Source of the DNA: Lawsonibacter sp.
GTDB taxonomy: Bacteria; Bacillota; Clostridia; Oscillospirales; Oscillospiraceae
Assembly: GCA_037257225.1 (NCBI GenBank)
Contig: JAYCWP010000023.1
Span: 86-64,085 of the forward strand
Direction: 5' to 3'
Length of the DNA stretch: 64,000 nucleotides
The position numbers and the translations under genes are program-made. Position 1 is the stretch's first letter; each line of letters starts with the position of its first letter. Positions 9,721 to 18,904 of this stretch are shown one piece after another. The notes under the pieces are model-generated. The model saw only the letters and a program-made list of their open reading frames with translations. It was not told the DNA's origin and made no database searches.

Positions 9721-10066
9721 CTGTCCCCTCTTCGTCTCCCAGACCCATAATAAGGGCCAGACCCAGAGCTATGACCAACTCCAAGTCATCCCCCTCCCAT
9801 AGGAGGAGCAGTACGATGAGAAGCAACAACACATCCCCGCTGTCCAGTCGATCAAGCTTAAGGGAACGAAGCAGCCTTGTCAGTCCTCCGCTTCCTCTTG
9901 TCCCGCCTCCCAGCAAGGATGTGATGGAGAAGGGGGCTCCCTGCATCTGCCCTGCTCCTCCAGCAGGAGGAACTCTATCCGACGGACAGCCTTGATGTAC
10001 CGCGTCATCTTCCTCTACGGGAACACGGGTATAAACCGCCCCGTTGGGGATATAACGGTTATACAC
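9710..10066 (-). CDS. hypothetical small protein (MYNRYIP... N-terminus, hydrophobic acidic C-terminus)
   Basis: 118 aa. First of three tandem small minus-strand ORFs, overlapping the next by 8 nt. No family recognised. Confidence 0.5.
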   Translation of the reverse strand: MYNRYIPNGAVYTRVPVEEDDAVHQGCPSDRVPPAGGAGQMQGAPFSITSLLGGGTRGSGGLTRLLRSLKLDRLDSGDVLLLLIVLLLLWEGDDLELVIALGLALIMGLGDEEGTEIE

Positions 10067-10481
10067 CCTCCCCCTCCTCCTTCCCGCTCAAAGAGTGGAA
10101 GGCTACCCGGATCACCCGGGACAGCCTGGCGATCTGGATGGCCCGGTCCAGCCTTGCATACCGTTCCTTTCTCAGAAATGGGCGCAGGGCGGCCAGCAGA
10201 GCAGTGTTCCGGTCGTCACCTGTCTGATACTCTTTCAGCAGCCGCATCCCCATCTGGACCATCCTTGGATCCAAGCTGCCCAAAGCGGACAACGGATCCT
10301 CCCCCGCCCCTGCCTCTGGGGTAGGAGTACAGGCCCGTTCCCATCCGGTCTCCTCATTCTCGTCCTCCGGCTCCGAAGCGGGGGGCGCAGGCTTTCCCAG
10401 GGACTGCGCCAGGGCCATGATCTGCCCCATAGCATCTTTGTCCCCCAGGATCGAATTCAGTTTTTCCTCAAATTCTCCCAC
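10059..10481 (-). CDS. hypothetical protein
   Basis: 140 aa with an acidic low-complexity middle and a basic C-terminal half (ALRPFLRKERYARLDRAIQIARLSRVIRV). No family recognised. Confidence 0.5.
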   Translation of the reverse strand: MGEFEEKLNSILGDKDAMGQIMALAQSLGKPAPPASEPEDENEETGWERACTPTPEAGAGEDPLSALGSLDPRMVQMGMRLLKEYQTGDDRNTALLAALRPFLRKERYARLDRAIQIARLSRVIRVAFHSLSGKEEGEGV

Positions 10482-10516
10482 ATACGCTCCCCCTCTCCTT
10501 CCCGGGCTGGCTCATA

Positions 10517-10792
10517 TCAGGACAGTCCGGACTCTCTGGCCTGCTGGCTGATGCGCTCCACCAATTCTCCCCCCTCCCGGGTGTTCATTAGGCGTTCCAT
10601 CATCTGCATCAGCTGTCCCGGGTCCCCGTTCGCCGCCGCTTGGGCGGCTTCCTGCACCCCACCGTTCTGCTTCAGCAGAGACACCAGCTTCCGGGCCTCG
10701 CCAGACTGAGCTAATCGGGCCAGGGCCGCCGGGTCCTTCACCAGTTCTTCCATTGGAAGGGATGTTCCCTCCCTACGATTCTTGTGCTGCAT
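10517..10792 (-). CDS. hypothetical small protein
   Basis: 91 aa, helical and Gln/Ala-rich. The start is uncertain, with an alternative Met 13 codons further in. No family recognised. Confidence 0.45.
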   Translation of the reverse strand: MQHKNRREGTSLPMEELVKDPAALARLAQSGEARKLVSLLKQNGGVQEAAQAAANGDPGQLMQMMERLMNTREGGELVERISQQARESGLS

Positions 10793-10856
10793 CCTTACTC
10801 ACCCCCAAACCGGTCTCAGTTTTAGTATATGCGGCACAGCAGGTAAGGTGACAAAT

Positions 10857-11315
10857 TTGAAGATCCTTGTATTTTCCGACTCCCACCGTTCCTGGTCCGG
10901 CATGATCCAGGCCATCGACGAGCAGCAGCCCGACCAGGTCATCCACCTGGGAGACCTGGTCTCCGATGCAGAGGAGATGTCCTATCTCTACCCTAAGCTT
11001 CCCATCTGCATGGTCCCGGGCAACTGCGACGGCTGGACCACCGTCCCCGCCATCAAGCAGATCACTCTTCAAGGGCGCAGTATCCTCCTGTCCCACGGAC
11101 ACCTGTGGGGCGTTAAATCCGGCTATGACGCCGCCGTCGCCCAGGCCCGGGCGGCCGAAGCGGATATTCTCCTCTTCGGCCACACCCATCAGCCCCTCTG
11201 TCAACAGCGGGAGGACGGACTGTGGGTACTCAACCCGGGCCCCAGCCGCTCCAGCTATGGTACCATCTTGCTGGAAGATGGGCTGATTCGCTGCACCCTG
11301 ACCCGTCTGGTCTGA
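10857..11315 (+). CDS. metallophosphoesterase (YfcE/MJ0936 family)
   Basis: LKILVFSDSHRS...IHLGDLV...VPGNCD...LSHGH...LFGHTH metallophosphatase motifs. TTG 10857 follows AGGTAAGGTG. Confidence 0.8.
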   Translation: MKILVFSDSHRSWSGMIQAIDEQQPDQVIHLGDLVSDAEEMSYLYPKLPICMVPGNCDGWTTVPAIKQITLQGRSILLSHGHLWGVKSGYDAAVAQARAAEADILLFGHTHQPLCQQREDGLWVLNPGPSRSSYGTILLEDGLIRCTLTRLV

Positions 11316-11365
11316 TCCGTTCCACTCCCATACAGTCCAGCCGTTCCAAAAAGGAGGCGTATTCT

Positions 11366-12892
11366 GTGAAAAAGGTCCTGTATATCCTGTTTCACCGCTC
11401 CGTCTTGGTGGCCCTGTCCCTGCTGGCCCAAGTGGTCACGCTGGTGGTCATGGTCAACATTTTCTCCGAATATATCAACAGTTTCTACTGGTGCTGCATC
11501 GCCATCAGTGTGATTGCGGCTCTGCTGATTTTGGGCAGCCGCATTGAGCCCGCCTATAAGATCGCCTGGCTGCTGCTCATTTTGCCCTTCCCTGTATTTG
11601 GAGGCATCTTCTATCTGCTTGTAGGCGGCGGTCACATCCCCAAGCGGATCAGCCGCCGGATGCGCCGTGTGGCCGAACAGTCAGAGGAAAACCTGCGTGA
11701 GGACTTCAAGGCTGATGACCTGCTCCCATTGGGAGAGGATGCCGCCGGGCAGGCCCGTTATTTGGAGCGCTTTGCTCACTGTCCCGCCTATACGAACACA
11801 GAAACGGAATACTTCGCCCTGGGAGACCTGGTCTTTCCCCGAATGCTGGAGGAACTGAGAAAGGCAGAGAGGTACATCTTCCTGGAATACTTCATTCTCC
11901 AGCCAGGCGTCTTTTGGGACAGTATTCTGGAAATCCTGGAGGAGAAGGCCGCCCAGGGCGTGGAGGTCCGGCTGATCTATGACGACATGGGCTGTATCTT
12001 CAGCCTCCCCCGGGACTACAATGAGCAGCTGGCGGCCCGGGGCATCCAGTGCCGGGTATTCAACCGCTTTGTTCCAATTATGTCCCTGCGGCTGAACAAC
12101 CGCGACCACCGGAAGCTGATGATTATTGACGGAAAGGTGGGCTTCACCGGCGGAATCAACCTGGCGGATGAATACATCAATCAGCGGGAGCGCTTCGGCC
12201 ACTGGAAGGACAGCGCCATCCTGCTGGAGGGGGACGCGGTTTGGTCCATGACGGTCATGTTCCTCACCATGTGGGATCACTGCTGCGGCTGGGAGGAGGA
12301 GTTTTGCCATTTCCGGCCGGAGCCCTCCGCCGTGCGCCCCTGGACCGGCTATGTCCAGCCCTATACGGACACGCCCCTGGATCGTGAGACAGTTGGGCAG
12401 GCAGTCTATCTGAATATGATCTCCAAGGCCCGGAAATACATCTATATCACCACCCCATATCTGGTCATTGACGTTGCCACAAACACTGCCCTGTGCAACG
12501 CAGCCAAAGCCGGGGTGGATGTACGTATCATCACCCCTCACATCCCAGATAAGCGCTATGTGTTTGAAGTGACCAGAGCCCACTACCCCCCTCTTCTGGA
12601 AGCCGGTGTCCACATTTATGAGTACACTCCTGGTTTTATCCATGCCAAAAACTTTGTCGTGGACGACCGCTTCGCCACGGTTGGCACTGTAAATCTGGAT
12701 TACCGCAGCCTGTTCCTCCACTTCGAGGACGGCGTCTGGCTGTGCGAAGCCCCTTGCATCCAGGACATTCGGAAGGACTTTGAAGACACCTTGGCCGTGT
12801 GCCAGCGCATCTCCCTTCGCCAGTGGCGGCATCTCAACCCCCTTCTCCAGCTATACCGCAACATCCTGCGTATCTTTGCTCCTCTAATGTAA
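11366..12892 (+). CDS. cls: cardiolipin synthase
   Basis: Two N-terminal TM helices and two HKD motifs (NRDHRKLMIIDG..., IHAKNFVVDD...). GTG 11366 follows AAAGGAGG. Confidence 0.9.
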   Translation: MKKVLYILFHRSVLVALSLLAQVVTLVVMVNIFSEYINSFYWCCIAISVIAALLILGSRIEPAYKIAWLLLILPFPVFGGIFYLLVGGGHIPKRISRRMRRVAEQSEENLREDFKADDLLPLGEDAAGQARYLERFAHCPAYTNTETEYFALGDLVFPRMLEELRKAERYIFLEYFILQPGVFWDSILEILEEKAAQGVEVRLIYDDMGCIFSLPRDYNEQLAARGIQCRVFNRFVPIMSLRLNNRDHRKLMIIDGKVGFTGGINLADEYINQRERFGHWKDSAILLEGDAVWSMTVMFLTMWDHCCGWEEEFCHFRPEPSAVRPWTGYVQPYTDTPLDRETVGQAVYLNMISKARKYIYITTPYLVIDVATNTALCNAAKAGVDVRIITPHIPDKRYVFEVTRAHYPPLLEAGVHIYEYTPGFIHAKNFVVDDRFATVGTVNLDYRSLFLHFEDGVWLCEAPCIQDIRKDFEDTLAVCQRISLRQWRHLNPLLQLYRNILRIFAPLM

Positions 12893-12896
12893 CAAA

Positions 12897-12944
12897 AAAG
12901 GACCCCGGGAGACCTCTTCATCGAAAGATCTCCCGGGGTTTTCT
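12897..12944. terminator. bidirectional intrinsic terminator
   Basis: Stem CCCCGGGAGA/TCTCCCGGGG with an A6 run upstream and a T4 run downstream, lying between convergent cls and the DUF3810 gene. Confidence 0.7.
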
Positions 12945-12948
12945 ACAC

Positions 12949-14052
12949 TCAGATCTGGTCCCCTCCAAAATAGGCCGCCAGCAGGTCCACACAGGCCCCG
13001 TAGGAGCGCATCCCCAGTTCCTGACCGTTCCCCTTCAAAAAGGAGTCGTACACCCGCTCTGCCGCGTCCTCCATTGGGGAGGCCAGCGCCGCCCAATAGG
13101 CATTGTTAGCATTCCAGTCGTCCGCCAGTTCCTGAGTAAAATATCTCTGCACAATGTCCTGCCATGCCGACCGGTCCACTGGAGCCAGGGCATTACACAA
13201 CTGGATCAGCCCCATCAGATAACCGGAGTACTGATACACCGTATCCCCGCTGGTCACCGCCGCCAGTATCCCCACAAAGTTCGCCTCTTGCTCCGAGGCT
13301 ACCATCCGCTGGTGTGCCATCTCGTGGGCCACTGTGGCCGGAAGGAGGCAGGCGGGTGCGTCCACATTCACATTGGCCTCTCCGGTAAACGGGAAATATA
13401 CCCCAGTAAATCCCAACCTGCTTTGTAGTCGGGAGAAGAAGATGGGCTTGGCCCTGGTCTGACCCTCTAGAGCCAGGAACGGAAACTTCTGGGACACATT
13501 CTCGTAGATTTCCGGCCCACGGGCCAAGATTTCATCTTGATCCACGGTAAATTGGCCGGTCTCATCCCGCTCCACCTGTATGGAAAGTTCCGCCGCCCGC
13601 TGAGCAAACAGAGCGGTCACCTGAATCAGTGTCTCCACCGGATATGGCTGAACTCTCAGGCCGCTCTTTTCCTGAAAGCCGGAAGCATAGTAGGCCGCAT
13701 TCCACATCCAGCAGAAACCGCACCACAGCCACAGAAGCACAGAAAACAGTGCTGTCATCCGGCGGCCAAAGATCCGGCCGTCCCGGCTCCGGAGCAATCC
13801 GGCCACAGTCCAGATCAGCCAGAGGACACAGCTGGTCAGGAGCAGGACGGTCAGCAGTTCCGCCACCGAACACCAGGGGATCCGCCCCCACAGGCGGCCC
13901 AGCTGCTGTTCCGCTGGAGCCATCACGCTGGATACCCAATGCTCCATCAGAGCCTGATCCCACTTCCGTGTCTCAAACAGCAGGACCAGCAGGGCAGGCA
14001 GGACCAGGGCCACGCCCCAGACAAGTGTACGCCTTCCCATTCGTCTTTCCAT
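12949..14052 (-). CDS. DUF3810 domain-containing putative membrane zinc metalloprotease
   Basis: 367 aa with N-terminal TM helices and an HExxH motif (VAHEMAHQ). The architecture matches DUF3810. Confidence 0.7.
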   Translation of the reverse strand: MERRMGRRTLVWGVALVLPALLVLLFETRKWDQALMEHWVSSVMAPAEQQLGRLWGRIPWCSVAELLTVLLLTSCVLWLIWTVAGLLRSRDGRIFGRRMTALFSVLLWLWCGFCWMWNAAYYASGFQEKSGLRVQPYPVETLIQVTALFAQRAAELSIQVERDETGQFTVDQDEILARGPEIYENVSQKFPFLALEGQTRAKPIFFSRLQSRLGFTGVYFPFTGEANVNVDAPACLLPATVAHEMAHQRMVASEQEANFVGILAAVTSGDTVYQYSGYLMGLIQLCNALAPVDRSAWQDIVQRYFTQELADDWNANNAYWAALASPMEDAAERVYDSFLKGNGQELGMRSYGACVDLLAAYFGGDQI

Positions 14053-14064
14053 CTGTCTCCCCCC

Positions 14065-15273
14065 TTACAGCCGCACCGGCCCAGTGGTCCACTCCCGCCC
14101 CGGGACAGGGACCTCCGGCAGGCACAGGTCATACAAATCGGTGCATTGAACCTCCAGGGAAAACAGCCTACGCCCCGCCTCCTCTAGTTCCCTGGCATGG
14201 GCAGGCTTAGTCAAAATCGGCAGAGCAGCTCGGGACTTCATTTCCTTCAACAGTTCCTGTCCCCTAGCATTGAATCCCAGCACCCGTAAATAGGGAGGCA
14301 CCTCCGGCCACACCGCCTGAGTCAGTCCCAGGAAAGCCCATACCAACAGCCGTCTCATCCGCGCCTGTGTCCAGTGCCGGGGCTTGGCCAGCTGTAAAAA
14401 CTCCTCCAGGGACCGGCACCGTTTCCCGGCCCGCTCCAGCCGTGGTGGCAGGCCCTCCGCCGCTCCACTGTCCGGAATGGCGGCCCAGTCCCCGGCGGTC
14501 ATGGTCCTCAGTCTGGTCAGCAGCCCCCGCTCCGCCCGTCGAAGGTCGGGCATCCCGCCCCAGTCTTTCTGTAGAATCTCCGCACCACCGCCTGGGAGGT
14601 AGGGCTCTGCCGCCCGCCAGTTCTCATCCATCAGAAAGGCACGGATCTGGGTTGCAGAGAGAAACTTAGGAAGCGATTCTCCCTCCAGCATACTGTCATG
14701 AGAGGCACCCTCCCGGCGAACTGTCACAGGGCGGATGTCGCTGCCCAGCCTGTCCAAGGCCCGGAGGTACTCCACGCCCAGGTTGTTGTTGGGTGTAGAC
14801 AGAAGCTCTGCGTGCTCCGGACCCAGGATCCCACGCACCACCTCCTGCCGGGCGGCGGCAAAGGGCATCCCCTCGTCCACAAATCGGCGCACACCCGCTT
14901 CATAGACTGGACTGTTCAGACACGCAGCCACCTGCCGGAGCCGGTCCACCTCTCCGCACTCGCTCCCGAAAGACAGAACATCCACCACACCGGCAGCAGC
15001 TAGGATACCCACCGCCCCCCGGGCAAAGTTCTCTGCCGAGGATACCGCCCAAACCGTAGGCAGCTCCAGCACCAGGTCCACACCACCCGTCAGCGCCAGC
15101 CTGCTCCGGGTCCACTTGTCCGCCGCTGCACAGCGCCCCCCTTGGATCCAGTTGCCGCTCATCACCGCTACCACTGCGGCATCTTCTCCCAACGCTGCCC
15201 TGGTTCGGGCAATCTGATAGGCGTGCCCTGTGTGGAAGGGATTATACTCTGCGACAATGCCAACGACTTGCAT
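14065..15273 (-). CDS. tmcAL: tRNA(Met) cytidine acetate ligase (UPF0348/DUF795 nucleotidyltransferase)
   Basis: N-terminus MQVVGIVAEYNPFHTGHAYQI, typical of TmcAL (YlbM). Confidence 0.85.
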   Translation of the reverse strand: MQVVGIVAEYNPFHTGHAYQIARTRAALGEDAAVVAVMSGNWIQGGRCAAADKWTRSRLALTGGVDLVLELPTVWAVSSAENFARGAVGILAAAGVVDVLSFGSECGEVDRLRQVAACLNSPVYEAGVRRFVDEGMPFAAARQEVVRGILGPEHAELLSTPNNNLGVEYLRALDRLGSDIRPVTVRREGASHDSMLEGESLPKFLSATQIRAFLMDENWRAAEPYLPGGGAEILQKDWGGMPDLRRAERGLLTRLRTMTAGDWAAIPDSGAAEGLPPRLERAGKRCRSLEEFLQLAKPRHWTQARMRRLLVWAFLGLTQAVWPEVPPYLRVLGFNARGQELLKEMKSRAALPILTKPAHARELEEAGRRLFSLEVQCTDLYDLCLPEVPVPGREWTTGPVRL

Positions 15274-15319
15274 AGATTGACCTCCTGGTGAATTATCTTC
15301 CTTTTTTTCAGAAAAGTAG

Positions 15320-15348
15320 TTGTCCTGCTTTCTAAAAAGCGGTACAAT
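15320..15348 (+). promoter_or_regulatory. candidate promoter about 190 nt upstream of ackA
   Basis: TTGTCC (15320-15325), a 17-nt spacer, then TACAAT (15343-15348). Confidence 0.45.
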
Positions 15349-15536
15349 GTAATTAGCTATGGGTTCAGGCTGTCTACCAGTGTACTACAAGCCCGGCCCT
15401 AAAGGCAAGTCTGGCCTTGCAAATTGAACATCCCGCCTCTGCCCTGCGTTCCCCTCCCATCGAGCAGAAAATCAGACCGCGCTTTTCAAAGGAACGCATC
15501 CGGCAAGCGGGAACATTGAAAAGGAGATCGATTCCC

Positions 15537-16733
15537 ATGAACATTCTTGTCATCAATGCTGGCAGTTCCTCTCTGAAGTACCAGCTGCTCAACCCCGACA
15601 CTCAGGAGGTCCTGGCCAAGGGCCTGTGTGAGCGTATCGGCCTGGACGGCAAGTTCACCTATAAGCCCGCCGGTAAAGAGGCTATTAAGGACGCCGATGT
15701 GTCTATGCCCACCCACTCCGAGGCCATCCAGACCGTTCTGAATGCCCTGGTAGACCCCAAGAACGGCGTGATCGGCTCTATGAAGGAGATCGACGCGGTG
15801 GGCCACCGCGTGGTACATGGCGGAGAGAAGTTCGCCCAGTCCGTCCTCATCACCGACGAGGTCATGGACGCCATCGAGGAGTGCAACCCCCTCGCCCCTC
15901 TGCACAACCCCGCCAATATCATCGGCATCCGCGCCTGCCAGGCCCTCATGCCCGGCACCCCCATGGTTGCCGTGTTTGACACCGCCTTCCATCAGACTAT
16001 GCCCCCCGTGGCCTACACCTATGCCCTGCCCTATGAGTTCTACGAGCAGGACAAGGTCCGCCGCTATGGCTTCCACGGCACCAGCCACAAGTACGTCTCC
16101 CAGCGGGCCGCTGCCATGCTGGGCAAGCCCGCTGAGGAGTTGAAGCTCATCTCCTGCCACTTGGGCAACGGTTCTTCTGTCACCGCTATTGATGGTGGTA
16201 AGAGCGTGGACACCTCCATGGGCTTCACCCCCCTGGCCGGTCTGCCCATGGGCACCCGCTGCGGCGACATTGATGCCGGTATCCTGGAATATCTGATGAA
16301 CAAGCACGGCTATGACATCAAGGCGATGCTGAACATCCTGAACAAAAAGTCCGGCGTGTTGGGTATCTCCGGCGTGTCCTCTGACTTCCGCGATCTGGAG
16401 GATGCCGCTCCCAAGGGCAATCAGCGGGCTCAGCTGGCACTGGACTCCTTCGAGTATGGCGTCACCAAGCTCATCGGTTCCTATGCCGCCGCTATGGGTG
16501 GCGTAGATGCCATCATCTTCACCGCCGGCGTGGGCGAGAACGGCGCGGATAACCGTGTGAACATCACCAAGAAGCTGGCCTTCATGGGCGTGAAGCTGGA
16601 CGAAGAGAAGAATAAGATCCGCGGCCAGGAGATCGATGTCTCTGCCGCCGATGCCAAGGTTCGTGTCCTGGTCATCCCCACCAACGAGGAACTGATGATC
16701 GCCATGGATACTGCCGCTATCGTTAAGGGCTGA
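15537..16733 (+). CDS. ackA: acetate kinase
   Basis: [17 protein letters not shown]...HRVVHGG...GFHGTSH...EELMIA. AAAGGAG lies 8 nt before ATG 15537. The ORF-track start at 15417 was rejected. Confidence 0.95.
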   Translation: MNILVINAGSSSLKYQLLNPDTQEVLAKGLCERIGLDGKFTYKPAGKEAIKDADVSMPTHSEAIQTVLNALVDPKNGVIGSMKEIDAVGHRVVHGGEKFAQSVLITDEVMDAIEECNPLAPLHNPANIIGIRACQALMPGTPMVAVFDTAFHQTMPPVAYTYALPYEFYEQDKVRRYGFHGTSHKYVSQRAAAMLGKPAEELKLISCHLGNGSSVTAIDGGKSVDTSMGFTPLAGLPMGTRCGDIDAGILEYLMNKHGYDIKAMLNILNKKSGVLGISGVSSDFRDLEDAAPKGNQRAQLALDSFEYGVTKLIGSYAAAMGGVDAIIFTAGVGENGADNRVNITKKLAFMGVKLDEEKNKIRGQEIDVSAADAKVRVLVIPTNEELMIAMDTAAIVKG

Positions 16734-16761
16734 GCACCCTATCCTAGCATCCACACAAAAT

Positions 16762-16795
16762 AAAAGATCCAGGCGCATTTGCGCCTGGATCTTTT
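16762..16795. terminator. bidirectional intrinsic terminator
   Basis: 15-bp perfect stem AAAAGATCCAGGCGC/GCGCCTGGATCTTTT. Confidence 0.8.
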
Positions 16796-17894
16796 ATACC
16801 CTATTTGCCTCCAGCTGTCTCTCAAGCAACCTCATATTTTTCTGTAATCTCAGGTTTGTGGGTGACAGAACCAATGCCTGGCGGGCCTCCTCTAAGGCCA
16901 GAGCAATCCGCCCTGTATGGTAAAATGCCTGACAGCGCAGATCATAAGGCAGACTGCCCCACGCTTCTGGCTCACAGATGTAGGTGCGCGGGCGCTCCCG
17001 AATCGTCAACGCCTGACCTGTGGCATACAGCACACCGTCCCACTCCTCCCGCTGGTACAGCAGACGTGCCAGTTCCACCCAAGGTTCCCGGAGATAGGGT
17101 GCCTCCGCCGCCGCCCGAAGATACCACTCCAGTGCCTCACTTTGACGGCTCAGTGCAAGGCAGGCACGGGCCAAAAACCGCATGGAGGCCGCCCGCTCAT
17201 CCCGCCATACCGCCTTCGGCATAGCCAGATGGCGCTTCAAGGTACGGATGCTGTCCTCCCACTGTCCCCGGAACAAGTACTCCCGGCCCAGATAGTGCAT
17301 GTTCCGGTCATCCTCTGGATCCTCCTCCACAGACAGTTCCAGCAGGGGCAGGTACTGTCCCCGGGATTTTTCCGGATCCGGGTGGTGGTCCAGCTGGATC
17401 CCCTCAGCTGCCACCGTAGGCCCAGGAGCGCCCGCCTCAACCCATTGGAGCACCTCATGCACTGGATGCACCCACCGGTATCCCCGGCGGGCATGGATCT
17501 TATCGCTCCAAAACACCACACCTTCTGAGCCGTCCTGCTGAAAACTCCAGGTATAGCGGTAGGAAACTCGGTTGCAGCCTGGCTTCCAAGCCCGTTCCAG
17601 CGCCTCCCTCCACCCTGGATGAAATACCTCATCCAAGTCGGTGCAGACACACAAATCCACATCCTCCGGTATCAGTTCCAGTGACCGATTTCGGGCCGCA
17701 TCGAACCGCCATGGCTGGATCTGCTCCTCGGTAACCTGTGCCCCCCGGGCCCTCAGCCGTTCTACCGTACCATCCTTCGATCCGGTATCCAGCACCACCA
17801 CCAGGTCAGCCTCTCCCATAGAATCCATCCAGCGGTCCACAAATTTCTCCTCATTTTTACAGATCGCGTAAACACACACCTTGCAATTGCCCAC
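16794..17894 (-). CDS. glycosyltransferase family 2 domain fused to TPR repeats
   Basis: N-terminus VCVYAICKNEEKFVDRWMDSM...VVLDTGSKDGT...FDAARN (GT2 pattern). The C-terminal half has TPR-like repeats. GTG 17894 lies 8 nt after AGGAGG. Confidence 0.75.
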   Translation of the reverse strand: MGNCKVCVYAICKNEEKFVDRWMDSMGEADLVVVLDTGSKDGTVERLRARGAQVTEEQIQPWRFDAARNRSLELIPEDVDLCVCTDLDEVFHPGWREALERAWKPGCNRVSYRYTWSFQQDGSEGVVFWSDKIHARRGYRWVHPVHEVLQWVEAGAPGPTVAAEGIQLDHHPDPEKSRGQYLPLLELSVEEDPEDDRNMHYLGREYLFRGQWEDSIRTLKRHLAMPKAVWRDERAASMRFLARACLALSRQSEALEWYLRAAAEAPYLREPWVELARLLYQREEWDGVLYATGQALTIRERPRTYICEPEAWGSLPYDLRCQAFYHTGRIALALEEARQALVLSPTNLRLQKNMRLLERQLEANRV

Positions 17895-17938
17895 TCTTCC
17901 CACCTCCTGATTCACATCTCTTCAGCTTTCTTTCACAC

Positions 17939-17974
17939 TCAGGGGCGGCGTCCCAGCAAGAACGCCGCCCCTGA
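17939..17974. other. 13-bp GC hairpin between the collagen-like gene and the GT2-TPR gene
   Basis: TCAGGGGCGGCGT/ACGCCGCCCCTGA. The T-run is on the plus strand only, so on the coding (minus) strand it lacks a U-tract. It may not terminate the collagen-like transcript. Confidence 0.5.
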
Positions 17975-18000
17975 TCTTTTATTTCTCTACGCTGTGTCCA

Positions 18001-18747
18001 TTAGGTGGCCAGCAGACGGGCTTCCCGCATATTCGCCAGCAGTTGGTTAAACTGGGTGACTGCATCCTCCGTTCCGGTAGCATCTGCCACCGGAGCAATG
18101 ACTGGCACCGAGGTGGCAGGCCCGGCAGGGCCAGTAGGGCCAGTAGGGCCAATCGGACCTTGGGGCCCCGCAGGGCCATCCTGTCCTATGGGGCCTATCG
18201 GGCCGGTGGGGCCCTGTGCGCCAGTTGCGCCAGTGGCTCCGACAGGACCAGCGGGGCCGGTGGGGCCCTGTGCGCCGGTTGCGCCAGCGGCTCCGGCAGG
18301 ACCGGCGGGGCCGGTCGGACCCTGCGCGCCGGTTGCGCCAGCGGCTCCGGCAGGACCGGCGGGGCCGGTGGGACCCTGTGCGCCGGTTGCGCCAGTGGCT
18401 CCGACAGGACCGGCGGGGCCGGTGGGACCCTGTGCGCCAGTTGCTCCCACAGCGCCGGCAGGGCCAGCGGGGCCGGTGGGTCCCTGTGCGCCAGTGGGAC
18501 CAGGAATTCCCTGCGGTCCGGTGGGACCGGTGGCACCATCAGGTCCAGGATAGCCTTGTGGTCCAGTGGGACCAATTGGTCCGGGAATGACCGGTCCCGG
18601 AGGACAAGGCGGGTGACAAGGTGGGGGACAGGGCTGCGGACAGCAGGATGGTACACAGGGCTTGGAACAACAGGAAGTGGTCAGATAGGCGGTCACGCCC
18701 TCCTGCTGCCTCCAGTCCCGGTCTGTAGGCAGATAACGATTCATCAT
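18001..18747 (-). CDS. collagen-like (Gly-X-Y) repeat protein with a Cys/Pro-rich N-terminus, BclA-like
   Basis: 248 aa. N-terminus ...[27 protein letters not shown], then about 55 uninterrupted GXY triplets ([22 protein letters not shown]...), then a 38-aa non-collagen tail. AAGGAG RBS. Confidence 0.85.
   Translation of the reverse strand: MMNRYLPTDRDWRQQEGVTAYLTTSCCSKPCVPSCCPQPCPPPCHPPCPPGPVIPGPIGPTGPQGYPGPDGATGPTGPQGIPGPTGAQGPTGPAGPAGAVGATGAQGPTGPAGPVGATGATGAQGPTGPAGPAGAAGATGAQGPTGPAGPAGAAGATGAQGPTGPAGPVGATGATGAQGPTGPIGPIGQDGPAGPQGPIGPTGPTGPAGPATSVPVIAPVADATGTEDAVTQFNQLLANMREARLLAT
18199..18500. repeat. about 5.5 tandem copies of a 54-bp unit inside the collagen-like gene
   Basis: Units start near 18199, 18253, 18307, 18361, 18415 and 18469 (GGGCCGGTGGGNCCCTGTGCGCCNGTTGCGCCAGNGGCTCCGNCAGGACCNGCG). 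Each encodes an 18-aa block, GPTGPAGP(V/A)GA(T/A)GATGAQ. Confidence 0.9.
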
Positions 18748-18798
18748 ACGATACGCTCCTTATTCTGGGATCGTTCTGTGTGGCGTCCGCCACATCCC

Positions 18799-18825
18799 AT
18801 CCTATGCACCCAGCCGAGAAATGGT
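18799..18825 (-). promoter_or_regulatory. possible sigma-K-like promoter for the collagen-like gene
   Basis: The minus strand reads AC (18825-18824), a 17-nt spacer, then CATAGGAT (18806-18799). The Bacillus sigma-K consensus is AC-17-CATAnnnTA. Weak pattern match only. Confidence 0.25.
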
Positions 18826-18904
18826 CCCACTTGCTCTTGCCCACAGCTTTGGATTGTGGTAGAGTTTTCTTATCTGAATTTTTTGTTTCTGGAGAGTGTT
18901 GTCG

